From Pseudomonadota bacterium (lineage in GTDB: Bacteria; Pseudomonadota; Gammaproteobacteria; Steroidobacterales; Steroidobacteraceae), in contig JANNNQ010000447.1 in NCBI GenBank assembly GCA_031398625.1, positions 11,520 to 75,519 of the forward strand: DNA of 64,000 bases. The letters run 5' to 3'. The position numbers and the translations under genes were made by a program. Shown here one piece after another: positions 43,283-52,175 of the stretch. The notes below the pieces were generated by a model. It did not search any database. It saw only the letters and a list, made by a program, of their open reading frames with translations, and had not been told where the DNA came from. The first letter of the stretch is position 1. Each line of letters starts with the position of its first letter.

Positions 43283-43851
43283 GCGTCCTCAACTTCAGGG
43301 CCCTCAACCATCCTCAGCAGGTCGCCACCCGTGGCGCTCTGGATGAGGTGGATGACCGGGGAACGGATCCCGCGTTCGTTGCTGAGCTGGCTGCCCGGTT
43401 CGGTGGCGACTTCACTCTCGATGTGGCTGCGGCGGCGCATAACGCGAAGTGCGCGCGGTTCTACACGCGCGCCGATGATGGCCTCTCGCAGCCGTGGCCG
43501 GGAAGGGTCTGGTGCAACGCCCCGTATTCGCATCCGAATCTTGCTCTGTGGGTGCGGAAGGCGTGGGTGGAGTGGCAGTCGGGCCGTCCGGAGCTGATTG
43601 TGATGCTTCTGCCGGCGAACCGGGTGGAGCAGGCGTGGTGGCAGGAGTTGGTGGAGCCGTTCCGGGACCGGTCGGGGAGCCCGTTGCGGATCGAGTTCCT
43701 GCCGGGTCGGTTGCGATTCGTAAAGCCGGGGCAGACGCATATCGGGCCGAATGAGCGGCCTCCGTTCGGGTGCTGCCTGGCGATCTGGGAGCGGGTGGGT
43801 CCGAAGCCGCCTTCGGTGCTGGACATGCTCGACTTCGGGGAGGCCCTGTGA
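43279..43851 (+). CDS. phage Dam-type N6-adenine DNA methyltransferase
   Basis: FTLDVAAAAHNAKCARFYT...VWCNAPYS (NPPY variant)...MLLPAN...GRLRF. Confidence 0.65.
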   Translation: MSVLNFRALNHPQQVATRGALDEVDDRGTDPAFVAELAARFGGDFTLDVAAAAHNAKCARFYTRADDGLSQPWPGRVWCNAPYSHPNLALWVRKAWVEWQSGRPELIVMLLPANRVEQAWWQELVEPFRDRSGSPLRIEFLPGRLRFVKPGQTHIGPNERPPFGCCLAIWERVGPKPPSVLDMLDFGEAL

Positions 43852-44006
43852 GCCCCTCTCCCTCCCCCGCTGCCCCTGAGTGCCGGGTGCGTCATGCGAG
43901 CCCGTCAGCGCCCCACCAGCGGTCTGCGGTGCCCGGTTCCCCGTCATCCCTCGCCGTCCCGTTGGCGTCTTCGCCCACCCGCTCCCTTCTCCTATCCCCA
44001 ACACGT

Positions 44007-44052
44007 CCACGATTCGTAGTCACTTGACACACGGATCGTAGACAACTAACTT
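44007..44052 (+). promoter_or_regulatory. dual operator pair plus promoter, cassette 7 (leaderless gene)
   Basis: CCACGATTCGTAG at 44007 and ACACGGATCGTAG at 44029. TTGACA-17 nt-TAACTT. ATG 44059 lies 6 nt after the -10. Confidence 0.6.
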
Positions 44053-44058
44053 CATCTC

Positions 44059-44295
44059 ATGAACACAACGCAGATGGTCACCGCCCCCACCGAGCAGATC
44101 CAGCCGAACCCGATGGTGGCCATCTGCAACACCTGCGAGTGGAGAGGCAACCGGTTCACCGCCGGTCTCCACGAGAGCGACATCCCCGGCCACCGGGTCA
44201 GCGCGTGGGTAACCCTCGGCAGCGAAACCGTCCCGGGGGAGATCTACCCGCGCTTCCTGTGGGATGTCCGGTCGACCTTCCCCCGGGCGTCCTGA
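44059..44295 (+). CDS. hypothetical protein
   Basis: 78 aa, probably leaderless. Confidence 0.55.
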   Translation: MNTTQMVTAPTEQIQPNPMVAICNTCEWRGNRFTAGLHESDIPGHRVSAWVTLGSETVPGEIYPRFLWDVRSTFPRAS

Positions 44296-44325
44296 GCGCC
44301 ACCCTCATCTCTTTGGAGTTCTGAC

Positions 44326-44673
44326 ATGGGCTACAGCACAAGCCTCTCCGGAGGTCTCACCTTCGACCCGCCGCTGTCCGCACTGGAGTACGCCAACAGC
44401 CCGTACCTGTCGTTCGGCGACGCTGGTTCGTGGTCGTTCAAGCTCGACCAGCCGAACACCATCGTCGTGGACGACGAAAGCGCCAAGCACTACGACCTCG
44501 AAGAGGAGCTGCAGGAGTTCATCGACTCCATGCCCGGGGCGACTTTCACCGGGTGCATCGAAGGTGACGGCGAGGAGAGCGGTGACATGTGGCGGCTGTA
44601 CGTCGTCGACGGTCGCGTCGTCAAGGTCAAGCCGGAACTCGTCTGGCCGGACGCGCCTGTCGGTGGCATCTGA
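44326..44673 (+). CDS. hypothetical protein
   Basis: 115 aa. Confidence 0.55.
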   Translation: MGYSTSLSGGLTFDPPLSALEYANSPYLSFGDAGSWSFKLDQPNTIVVDDESAKHYDLEEELQEFIDSMPGATFTGCIEGDGEESGDMWRLYVVDGRVVKVKPELVWPDAPVGGI

Positions 44674-45065
44674 TGCCCACCCTCGACCGTCCCCGCCTTG
44701 AGTCTCTCGCCGCCCACCTGCTGGCGAACGCTGACCGTCACGATCAGGAGCAGTTCGCCGCCCGGACAGCGTGCGGTACCTGGTACTGCGCTGCCGGTTG
44801 GACGCCCATCCTCGACGGCGGGTACGACATCAACTGGTGCGAGTACGACGGTGAGGACAGCACGGACGAGATCGCGGGCCGTCCGATGACCGCCATCGCG
44901 AACACGGCGTACGACCGCCGGGCGCAGCGTTTCGTCGACATCGACGAGGCCGCGACTGAGCTCCTCGGGCTCGACGTCAGCCAGCGGGGACGCCTGTTCT
45001 ACAACTTCGGCGGGACGGACGAGATCGTCTCCGTCATCAAAGGCTTCCTCGACGAAGCCGCATGA
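44673..45065 (+). CDS. hypothetical protein
   Basis: TGATG overlap, 130 aa. Confidence 0.5.
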   Translation: MPTLDRPRLESLAAHLLANADRHDQEQFAARTACGTWYCAAGWTPILDGGYDINWCEYDGEDSTDEIAGRPMTAIANTAYDRRAQRFVDIDEAATELLGLDVSQRGRLFYNFGGTDEIVSVIKGFLDEAA

Positions 45066-45190
45066 ACCGCTGCGTCTGGTGCCACACCCAGTACGACGGC
45101 CCCGACCCCGAATTCTGCACACCCGAACACCGGGAAGCAGACCGGGTTGAGGCCGACCAATTCGATGCGATGGAAGAGGTTCGGGCATGA
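45062..45190 (+). CDS. 42-aa zinc-ribbon-like peptide
   Basis: MNRCVWCHTQYDGPDPEFCTPEHR... ATGA-coupled at both ends. Confidence 0.4.
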   Translation: MNRCVWCHTQYDGPDPEFCTPEHREADRVEADQFDAMEEVRA

Positions 45191-46050
45191 ACGCCTACTA
45201 CCTGGCCGCACCTGACGGGCGGTTCTACTACCCGCTCCCCGAGGACAACGAGTTCGACCGGCGCAGCAGCGGGACATGGGACGGTGAGCTCATCGGCGAC
45301 CCTTCAGCACCCCGATACAGGCCCATCCCGGCATGGCTTGCCGTTCCCGAACCCACCGACAGTCTTATCTTCCGGCCGGCCCCGCGTAGCGAAACTGTCG
45401 GCTACCGGCTGAAGGATCAGAGCGCCGCCTCGGAGAAGTACCCAGCCGAGATCGTGCCGGACCTTTTCAAGGAGCTGGACCAGGAACTGCGGTACGGCTT
45501 GTACGACGCGGTTCAGGTTGACGTTCCGGTCGCCCCGATCATCTACGACGTTTCAGCGATGGTGGAGATGCCCGGGGAGCCGGACCCGCGTCCCGGCATT
45601 GGGTGGGAGCCAAGCAAGGCGCACGTCCTGGTCTACGGGGCAACCGTCGGGCACCTCCTGCCAGGGGTGCTGACGGGAGTAAGGGCCGAGGTCGGGGCGA
45701 GAATCGAAGCCCAATTCGGTGACCGGCACAAGGTGTACACCCACGACTCGTCGAAGATCAGCGTCCATCTGAGCTTCGACTATGACGTCCCCGTTTTCAC
45801 CACCCGGCAGAACACTTCGCGGGCCACCGGGAAACCGCTCCGGGGGACGACGAAGGTTCGTATCAAGGTCACCTCCATGGTCGACATTCACCCGCCGTGG
45901 ACGATCGAGGCCCCCACCAAGGCTGAAGCAGTGGCGAAGCTCGACGCGCTATGCGCGGAGTACGTGGACCTCCTGAACTCCTACCAGCCGGTTGCCTGCT
46001 CGCACTGCAAGGGCAACGGGTACGTCGCCGAGCGGGAGGTGCAGTCGTGA
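45187..46050 (+). CDS. hypothetical protein
   Basis: 287 aa with C-terminal CSHCKGNGY. Confidence 0.6.
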   Translation: MNAYYLAAPDGRFYYPLPEDNEFDRRSSGTWDGELIGDPSAPRYRPIPAWLAVPEPTDSLIFRPAPRSETVGYRLKDQSAASEKYPAEIVPDLFKELDQELRYGLYDAVQVDVPVAPIIYDVSAMVEMPGEPDPRPGIGWEPSKAHVLVYGATVGHLLPGVLTGVRAEVGARIEAQFGDRHKVYTHDSSKISVHLSFDYDVPVFTTRQNTSRATGKPLRGTTKVRIKVTSMVDIHPPWTIEAPTKAEAVAKLDALCAEYVDLLNSYQPVACSHCKGNGYVAEREVQS

Positions 46051-46358
46051 CTGATCTGGTCAACCGAGTCGCCCTGACCGCCGCGAACGCCATTGCCTGG
46101 CCTTATCAGGACGACCCGAAGTCGAACATCGACGACGAGGACGACCTACAGCGGGTCCTCGAAGCCGCAGCCCCGCACATCATCGGCCCCGTCCTGGCAG
46201 CCCTTCATGAGCGAATGGTCAAGCTCAACACCGAACTGGTCGCAGGCGGCGACAACGACGCGTTCCCTGATTCATGGAGATTGCATCTGCGTTCCGTGGC
46301 TAAGGGTGTCCGCGATTGCATCGGCTGCGTCGACGAGACCATCCGAGGGCTGTCGTGA
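46047..46358 (+). CDS. hypothetical protein
   Basis: GTGA-coupled, 103 aa. Confidence 0.5.
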   Translation: MTDLVNRVALTAANAIAWPYQDDPKSNIDDEDDLQRVLEAAAPHIIGPVLAALHERMVKLNTELVAGGDNDAFPDSWRLHLRSVAKGVRDCIGCVDETIRGLS

Positions 46359-46588
46359 ACCCGCTCTGGTCCTGGGCACTGACCGCCGTCGGCGTCCTCG
46401 GCATCTACCTCGCGGGGAAGAAGAACAAGGCTGGGTGGGCCGTAGGTATCGGCGCCCAAGGGCTGTGGCTGGTCTACGCCATCACGACCCGACAGTGGGG
46501 CTTCGTCGTCTCCGTGGCCGTTTACGGCTCCGTGTATTGCCGGAACTGGCTCGCCTGGCGCCGCGACGAGCAGGAGGCGGCCAAGTGA
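46355..46588 (+). CDS. 3-TM membrane protein (PnuC-repeat-like, tentative)
   Basis: GTGA-coupled, 77 aa, Trp-rich TM segments. Confidence 0.45.
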   Translation: MNPLWSWALTAVGVLGIYLAGKKNKAGWAVGIGAQGLWLVYAITTRQWGFVVSVAVYGSVYCRNWLAWRRDEQEAAK

Positions 46589-46731
46589 TCCTCGCCCTCC
46601 TTCTCTGGCTGGCCTTTCTCGCCGGCGCCTGCCTCATCGGTGGACTACTCACCGACAGCACCAACCTCGGGGCGGGTCTCGCAGCCGGGGTCAAGGGACG
46701 GCCTTTCGTCCCCATCGACACACAGGAGTGA
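46585..46731 (+). CDS. 48-aa membrane peptide
   Basis: VILALLLWLAFLAGACLIGGLL... GTGA-coupled. Confidence 0.4.
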   Translation: MILALLLWLAFLAGACLIGGLLTDSTNLGAGLAAGVKGRPFVPIDTQE

Positions 46732-47183
46732 ACATGGAAATCATCGTGAACGGGCAGCGAATCACCGTCGCCGACGGGGCCAACGTCGTCATTGGCAATG
46801 GAGGGTCGATGACCTCCGTCTTCGGATCGGGTGGGTCATCGACCGTCACCATCGGCAAGAGCGAGCCGCCCCGCAAGCACGGGAACGGTGGGGGGCTAGT
46901 CGGAGACAACGCGACCGTCGCCGCAGGCGCTTATATCGGCCCCGACGCCTCGGTCACGGGGAACGCCACCGTTGGTCCGAACGCCCGCGTCGAGTCCGGT
47001 GGCCGGGTTTCGGGCAACGCCTCGGTGACTGGTCATGCCGTCGTCTCGGGCAGCGTCTCCGGGAACGCCCAGATTTCGGGCCACGCCGTGATTGCTGGTT
47101 CCGTCAGTGGCAATGCCAGCGTCTCGGGCAATGCTCAGGTCGGGGTGGGGAGTTCGCTCTCCGGGAACTCGCGGCTGTCATGA
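46728..47183 (+). CDS. hexapeptide-repeat (beta-helix) protein
   Basis: Six-residue periodicity SGNASV/TGHAVV/SGNAQI/SGHAVI over about 90 aa. ATG 46734 with an AGGAG is the likely start. Confidence 0.55.
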   Translation: MNMEIIVNGQRITVADGANVVIGNGGSMTSVFGSGGSSTVTIGKSEPPRKHGNGGGLVGDNATVAAGAYIGPDASVTGNATVGPNARVESGGRVSGNASVTGHAVVSGSVSGNAQISGHAVIAGSVSGNASVSGNAQVGVGSSLSGNSRLS

Positions 47184-47446
47184 CCGCCAAGGTGATCGAG
47201 CTTCACCCGTCCGGCTACGGCGGCCTCACTTACGAGGCCCGCCGGATGCGCGACACCCACCGTTGGGCTGTCGTGGGCCGCCCACCCGGTCGCCCGAACG
47301 CCGTCGCTGTGGTGATCGAGGTGAAGAAGTTGGCCCCGATGGCGGGGGAGGAGAAGGCGTTCGTCGAGGAACTCACCCGTCTGCTGAGTGCCGGGTTCGG
47401 GCCAATCGAGATCAACGCACCGAAGGAAGGGGGCACCTGCACGTGA
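47180..47446 (+). CDS. hypothetical protein
   Basis: ATGA-coupled, 88 aa. Confidence 0.5.
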   Translation: MTAKVIELHPSGYGGLTYEARRMRDTHRWAVVGRPPGRPNAVAVVIEVKKLAPMAGEEKAFVEELTRLLSAGFGPIEINAPKEGGTCT

Positions 47447-47868
47447 GTTCGGGACGGAACGCCGCCCCCACCGTCAAGTCTGGGCCGGTCCAACTCTGGA
47501 CGGCCCTACTCGACACAGCACCTGCCGAGTGGGTTCCAATGGCTTCTCTCTCGTCCGGTGCGGGCCGCTCGACTGTGTCGGTTGCGATAGCCCGCTGGGA
47601 GTCCCGTGGATGGGTTGAGAGGTGCAGGGTCAGCCGCAATGGGAAGTCGTCGGTCGATGTCCGCCTGACGTCCAGTGGTCGGGTGTGGGTCCGAGAATGG
47701 CTCGCCGAAATCCACGCGGAGGCCACCACCCCTACTCCTGCCGAGATCCGCACGTGGGCCGCATCTCTTGGGCTCCCAGACAGTCGAGGCAGAATCCCCC
47801 GACTGCTGGCCGACAGGTGGAACCGAGAACACCCCGAACGCCCGTACCCAGTTAAGGAGTGCCGATGA
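47443..47868 (+). CDS. wHTH protein with Lsr2-type C-terminal DNA-binding domain
   Basis: The C-terminus AEIRTWAASLGLPDSRGRIPRLLADRW matches the Lsr2 IRxWA...RGRIP AT-hook-like motif. The N-terminus is MarR-like. Confidence 0.6.
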   Translation: MSSGRNAAPTVKSGPVQLWTALLDTAPAEWVPMASLSSGAGRSTVSVAIARWESRGWVERCRVSRNGKSSVDVRLTSSGRVWVREWLAEIHAEATTPTPAEIRTWAASLGLPDSRGRIPRLLADRWNREHPERPYPVKECR

Positions 47869-48224
47869 CCGAACAGGAGGCGCACCCCGTCGACCACACC
47901 CCGGTCACGATGGTGCAGGAAATTCAGCAGGCCCTCGTTAGTGCTGGGATCGACATCAGACTCGTGGCCGTCAACATCCACCGGGATGCGTACCCGAGTG
48001 CTTCGATCCTCCTCGCGGCACCAGGTGCCTACACCAGTCCCGAGTCCGACCGGCTCGGCCACTACCTCCTCGTGGAACCGCGATACCGGGAGCAGGGGGA
48101 CCCGGGAGAACGCATCGGGATCTTGGAGGGTACGACTCGCAGTGGCTTCCGGGTCTCCATCCACTGCGCGCCGCGCATGACCGCTGAGGAAGTCGCGGCA
48201 GAGATCGCACAGGAGGAGAAGTGA
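47865..48224 (+). CDS. hypothetical protein
   Basis: ATGA-coupled with AAGGAG upstream. 119 aa. Confidence 0.55.
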   Translation: MTEQEAHPVDHTPVTMVQEIQQALVSAGIDIRLVAVNIHRDAYPSASILLAAPGAYTSPESDRLGHYLLVEPRYREQGDPGERIGILEGTTRSGFRVSIHCAPRMTAEEVAAEIAQEEK

Positions 48225-48745
48225 GCAAGCTCTACGCCTACGAGATCACCGCCAGTTCGGTCGAGTCCGTACCCGTCGGCGGTTGCGTCGTCGACATCGC
48301 AGAAGGTGCCGATTCTGAACGGACATGGCCGATCTGGTCCACCGCCACCGGGGACTGGTCGTCCCGATTCTCGGGGGAACGCCGGGACCGGCTGTGCCTG
48401 ATCTGCTTCCGCCGGCCCGAACGGTTCATCCGGGTGGACGCCCATCCGGGGATGCACGGCGCGGGGGACGCGTACGAACCGTCATGGATTCGCATCGGGG
48501 GTGATGTCGTGAGCGTCGGCATCGCAGCCGAGGCCATCCTGGCGGTCCGGAAAGCCGCAGCCCTGAGCCGGATCCGCTGGCTCAGACGTCAGCACGAGGA
48601 AGCGATGCTCCGGGCGCAGGCTCTCCGGTCGGAGATACATGAGGCGATGGAAGGTGCGGCGGGGGTGGCTTCGCCGGAGGAGATCGCCGAAGCGGGTGCG
48701 GCTGCGTTCGTTCGGGAACGAGCCGCACCCCTTGAGGGCCAGTGA
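48221..48745 (+). CDS. hypothetical protein
   Basis: GTGA-coupled, 174 aa. Confidence 0.55.
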   Translation: MSKLYAYEITASSVESVPVGGCVVDIAEGADSERTWPIWSTATGDWSSRFSGERRDRLCLICFRRPERFIRVDAHPGMHGAGDAYEPSWIRIGGDVVSVGIAAEAILAVRKAAALSRIRWLRRQHEEAMLRAQALRSEIHEAMEGAAGVASPEEIAEAGAAAFVRERAAPLEGQ

Positions 48746-48972
48746 CTCACCCCATCAGCCGCTGGGCTGGCACCTGCCACCTCACCGGGAAACGGTGCTT
48801 CGCGTCCAGGAAAGACGTCAAGGCCGCGGCCCGCCGCTTCGGTGGGGGCATGTCCGCGTACCGGTGCCAACCCGACCCGGACCTTGACCCGCATTGGCAC
48901 ATGGGCCGACTTCCGAAACCGGTGGTGGCCGGTGAACTGACCCGCGACGACATTCGCCGCAGGTATCCGTGA
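48742..48972 (+). CDS. hypothetical protein
   Basis: GTGA-coupled, 76 aa. Confidence 0.5.
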   Translation: MTHPISRWAGTCHLTGKRCFASRKDVKAAARRFGGGMSAYRCQPDPDLDPHWHMGRLPKPVVAGELTRDDIRRRYP

Positions 48973-49247
48973 CCGACTACACGGAGATCGACAAACAGAT
49001 CGAAGCCGATCTCCGGGGACGTCTGGAGGCTGTCACCTGCACCCTCTGCCTCGCTGAGATCGGCGCACCCTGCACTTCCTCTGGTCGCCCTGTTCCGGGC
49101 CCGAGGGTTTACCACCGCACCAGGTATGCCGCAGCCGATGTGCTCGACACGTCGAACGCGGTCATCCTCCGAAGCTTCGGCGCTTCACCCGCGCGAAACC
49201 GTGAGTCTCGCGTGCCAACCCAACCCAGCAAGGGAGAACAAGAGTGA
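48969..49247 (+). CDS. hypothetical protein
   Basis: GTGA-coupled, 92 aa. Confidence 0.5.
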   Translation: MTDYTEIDKQIEADLRGRLEAVTCTLCLAEIGAPCTSSGRPVPGPRVYHRTRYAAADVLDTSNAVILRSFGASPARNRESRVPTQPSKGEQE

Positions 49248-49540
49248 AGGCCCCAGCAAGCTTCCGTAAGAAGCCCGTCATCGTTGACGCCATCCTGTTC
49301 GACGGCAAGAACGTTGATGCGGTGCAGGCGTTCACCGGTTTCGCGACGTTCGGCCTCGTCGCCCCCACCGACCGCACTGAGGACCCGGACATCACGGCCG
49401 AAGTCTTCGACAAGCTCCACTCGACCTGGGTGGGTGTCAAGGACGGACAGTGGATCATCAAGGGCGTTCAGGCCGAGTTTTATCCCTGCGATGCCTCCGT
49501 TTTCGCCGCCACGTACGAACCCACCGCGAAGGAGAACTGA
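49244..49540 (+). CDS. hypothetical protein
   Basis: GTGA-coupled, 98 aa. It ends in the AAGGAGAACTGA junction. Confidence 0.55.
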   Translation: MKAPASFRKKPVIVDAILFDGKNVDAVQAFTGFATFGLVAPTDRTEDPDITAEVFDKLHSTWVGVKDGQWIIKGVQAEFYPCDASVFAATYEPTAKEN

Positions 49541-49541
49541 C

Positions 49542-49769
49542 ATGGGCTGGGCATCGGCCAACAGCATTTTCGACAATGTCGCCACCTCACTTGTCGACGC
49601 CAACGCGTCCCCCGAACTGAAGCGGTCCACTCTCGGTCGTCTGATCGGCATTCTCCAGCAGGAGGACTGGGACACCGAAGACGAGTCCCTCGACCGCTTC
49701 AAGGACGACCCGGCGATCGTTGCCGCATTCGCGGACAACGACGTCAACATCGATAGCGAGGAGAACTGA
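49542..49769 (+). CDS. hypothetical acidic protein
   Basis: ATG follows AAGGAGAACTGAC. 75 aa. Confidence 0.55.
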   Translation: MGWASANSIFDNVATSLVDANASPELKRSTLGRLIGILQQEDWDTEDESLDRFKDDPAIVAAFADNDVNIDSEEN

Positions 49770-49770
49770 C

Positions 49771-50025
49771 ATGGCACTGACCGTTGGCGAACTGATCGCC
49801 GCGCTGAAGGACGAGGACCCGGCCACTCCGGTGATCCTCCAGAAGGATGCCGAGGGCAACGGGTTCTCCCCGCTCGAAGGCGGAGACCCGGGCATGTACG
49901 CCGCCGAGACCACGTGGTCCGGGGAGTTCTACGACCTCCCCAAGGAGAACCCGGAGGACCACGAACTGGACGACGAGCCGCCCTCCGATGCTGTCCGGGC
50001 GTTCGTTCTCTACCCCGTCAATTGA
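49771..50025 (+). CDS. hypothetical acidic protein
   Basis: ATG follows GAGGAGAACTGAC. 84 aa. Confidence 0.55.
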   Translation: MALTVGELIAALKDEDPATPVILQKDAEGNGFSPLEGGDPGMYAAETTWSGEFYDLPKENPEDHELDDEPPSDAVRAFVLYPVN

Positions 50026-50168
50026 CCTCAGAAACGCTCTCGAAAAGGTCGAACGGGTGTTCGCAAAACAGGGCCTGACCTGCGAGAATAGGGCGCGGCC
50101 CCAAGGTGTCTCTAGCACCGAGGGGCCGCTTACCCACCCACTCGCTTTCACCGAGAAGGGGGCTAGTC

Positions 50169-50762
50169 GTGAAGGCTACCCGCAGGACTCTGCCCACACA
50201 GAGGCGCATCAATTCCCACCCGGCACCCGCCCTAATCGAGGCGCTGGCGGTCACCCGGTTCTGGCGATCAGTTGACGTACGCGGCCCGGACGAGTGCTGG
50301 CCATGGATTGGCGACACAGACCGAGCCGGTTACGGGCGGTTCCGCTACCAGGGACGAATGCGGCAGGCCCACGAACTGGCCCTGTCTTTCAGTACGGGCG
50401 AGATCCGATTGCCGTGGCTGGACACCTGTCACGAGTGCGACAACCCGCCGTGCTGCAATCCCGCCGATCTGCGTTTCGATACAAGGCTTTCCAACGTCGT
50501 CGACAAGATCATGCGTGGTCGGCTGCCGATGGGCGAGGACAGTTCATCGGCCCGCCTCACGAACGACATGGTCAGGGCGATGCGCGATCGGCGTGCGAAT
50601 GGTGCCAGGCAAAAGGATTTGGCTGTGGCCTACGGCATCAGCAATGCGTACGTGAGCGACATCGTGAACGGATTGACCTGGCAAGACGCAGGCGGACCCA
50701 TCACCGGACGCAGCAAGCGGACCCGGCGTTACCCCAACAGCACCCGAGCAAAGGCGAACTGA
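50169..50762 (+). CDS. HNH homing-endonuclease-like protein with C-terminal HTH
   Basis: [29 protein letters not shown]...[16 protein letters not shown] (HNH_3 type). Confidence 0.7.
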   Translation: MKATRRTLPTQRRINSHPAPALIEALAVTRFWRSVDVRGPDECWPWIGDTDRAGYGRFRYQGRMRQAHELALSFSTGEIRLPWLDTCHECDNPPCCNPADLRFDTRLSNVVDKIMRGRLPMGEDSSSARLTNDMVRAMRDRRANGARQKDLAVAYGISNAYVSDIVNGLTWQDAGGPITGRSKRTRRYPNSTRAKAN

Positions 50763-50763
50763 C

Positions 50764-51243
50764 ATGGCTGGCGACACCGTACTGACCATCATCGGCAACT
50801 GCGTAAACGATCCCGAGCTCAAGTTCACGCCGTCCGGCGCGGCCGTTGTGAACTTCACGGTCGCCAGCACTCCCAGGAGCTTTGACAAGCAAACGAACGA
50901 ATGGAAGGACTCCGAGACTCTTTTCATGAGGTGCTCGGCATGGAAGGACCTGGCGGAAAACATTGCCGAGTCACTTGAGCGCGGCTCCCGCGTCATCGTC
51001 ACGGGCCGCCTGAAATCCCGCTCATTCGAAACCAAGGAAGGCGAAAAGCGCACCGTCATGGAACTGGAGGCCGACGACGTTGCGCCCTCGCTGCTCCGAG
51101 CCACAGCCAAGGTCAACCGCACCCAACGAGGCCAGGGCAACGGCGGGTCCGGCAACGGTGGTGGCCAGTCCCGTACGACCGCATCGAGTGCGCCCGCTGC
51201 TGACCCGTGGGCGACCACGGCGACCGATGAACCTCCCTTCTGA
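50764..51243 (+). CDS. ssb: single-stranded DNA-binding protein
   Basis: OB-fold N-terminus [28 protein letters not shown], a Gly-rich linker, and an acidic DEPPF tip. Confidence 0.9.
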   Translation: MAGDTVLTIIGNCVNDPELKFTPSGAAVVNFTVASTPRSFDKQTNEWKDSETLFMRCSAWKDLAENIAESLERGSRVIVTGRLKSRSFETKEGEKRTVMELEADDVAPSLLRATAKVNRTQRGQGNGGSGNGGGQSRTTASSAPAADPWATTATDEPPF

Positions 51244-51252
51244 GGGGCCGAC

Positions 51253-51711
51253 GTGGCTCTCATCCACCCACCGAGTCCGGTTGGTAGGCAGTGCATCCGT
51301 TGCGGCGTCCCGTTCACCTCGGGCGACACGGTGGTCTACAACAGCGACGGCGAACCAGGGCGCGCCACGACGTGCCAGCCCTCAATCGAGTACGCCACGG
51401 AGCAGATGAGCCGCCTCAGCCGGCACATCTTCGGAACGCCCACCAACGCGAAGGAGAACGACATGTCCGACCGCACACCCATCCCCGTCGAGGATCTCGT
51501 CGATGCCGCCATCAATGACGGATCCGACTATCACGACGGGTTCGACGCCTACCTGTCTCACGAGTTCGATTCAGAGACAGGCGTCCTGACGCTCACGTTC
51601 AAGCGAGACGACGAGATCGGCGACGACGACAACCCCGACGCAGAGCCGTTCGACCCGGACCACGGGGACGCCGTGTACCGGTTCCAGCTCATCGCGGAGG
51701 CTGGCCAGTGA
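51253..51711 (+). CDS. hypothetical protein (start uncertain)
   Basis: 152-aa ORF. The internal ATG 51463 is preceded by AAGGAGAAC and would give 82 aa. Confidence 0.5.
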   Translation: MALIHPPSPVGRQCIRCGVPFTSGDTVVYNSDGEPGRATTCQPSIEYATEQMSRLSRHIFGTPTNAKENDMSDRTPIPVEDLVDAAINDGSDYHDGFDAYLSHEFDSETGVLTLTFKRDDEIGDDDNPDAEPFDPDHGDAVYRFQLIAEAGQ

Positions 51712-52175
51712 GCGGCGACACCAAGCCCATCGGCCCCGGCGCGTTCATCGACGCCAGCGACACGGTCATCAACTACAAAGGCCGGAACTACTACTCCGCC
51801 GAGGGCATCGACGAGAACGCTTCGGACGGGTACCACACGTTCAAGGAGCTGTACCAGTACCGCCTCCTGTACAACGCTGCCTTGTTCAACGAGTGGTTTC
51901 ACCGGAATGCGTTCGGTGTTCACAAGAGCGAACGCCACTCCGACGGCGAGCCCGCGTTCGGTGGCGGCTGGTTTGTAGTCATGGCCGAACTCCCGACGGG
52001 GCAGATCAGCAATCACTACGAACTCAAGGACTGGGGCCTGTTTCGGATTCCCAACCGGGTGCGCGCTGACGAGTGGGATGGCCACACGCCAGCAGACGTC
52101 ACCGATCGGCTGCTGCGCTTCCTTCGCCCATCCCAGTTGTTCGCCACCCAAATACCCAAGGAGAAGGACGCGTGA
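51708..52175 (+). CDS. hypothetical protein
   Basis: GTGA-coupled, 155 aa. Confidence 0.55.
   Translation: MSGDTKPIGPGAFIDASDTVINYKGRNYYSAEGIDENASDGYHTFKELYQYRLLYNAALFNEWFHRNAFGVHKSERHSDGEPAFGGGWFVVMAELPTGQISNHYELKDWGLFRIPNRVRADEWDGHTPADVTDRLLRFLRPSQLFATQIPKEKDA

Noticed and set aside
43848-44027. A GTGA-coupled 60-aa Pro/Ser-rich ORF after the Dam-like gene.
   Set aside because: The composition looks like a translated C-rich spacer, and it would run into operator cassette 7. It cannot be supported.
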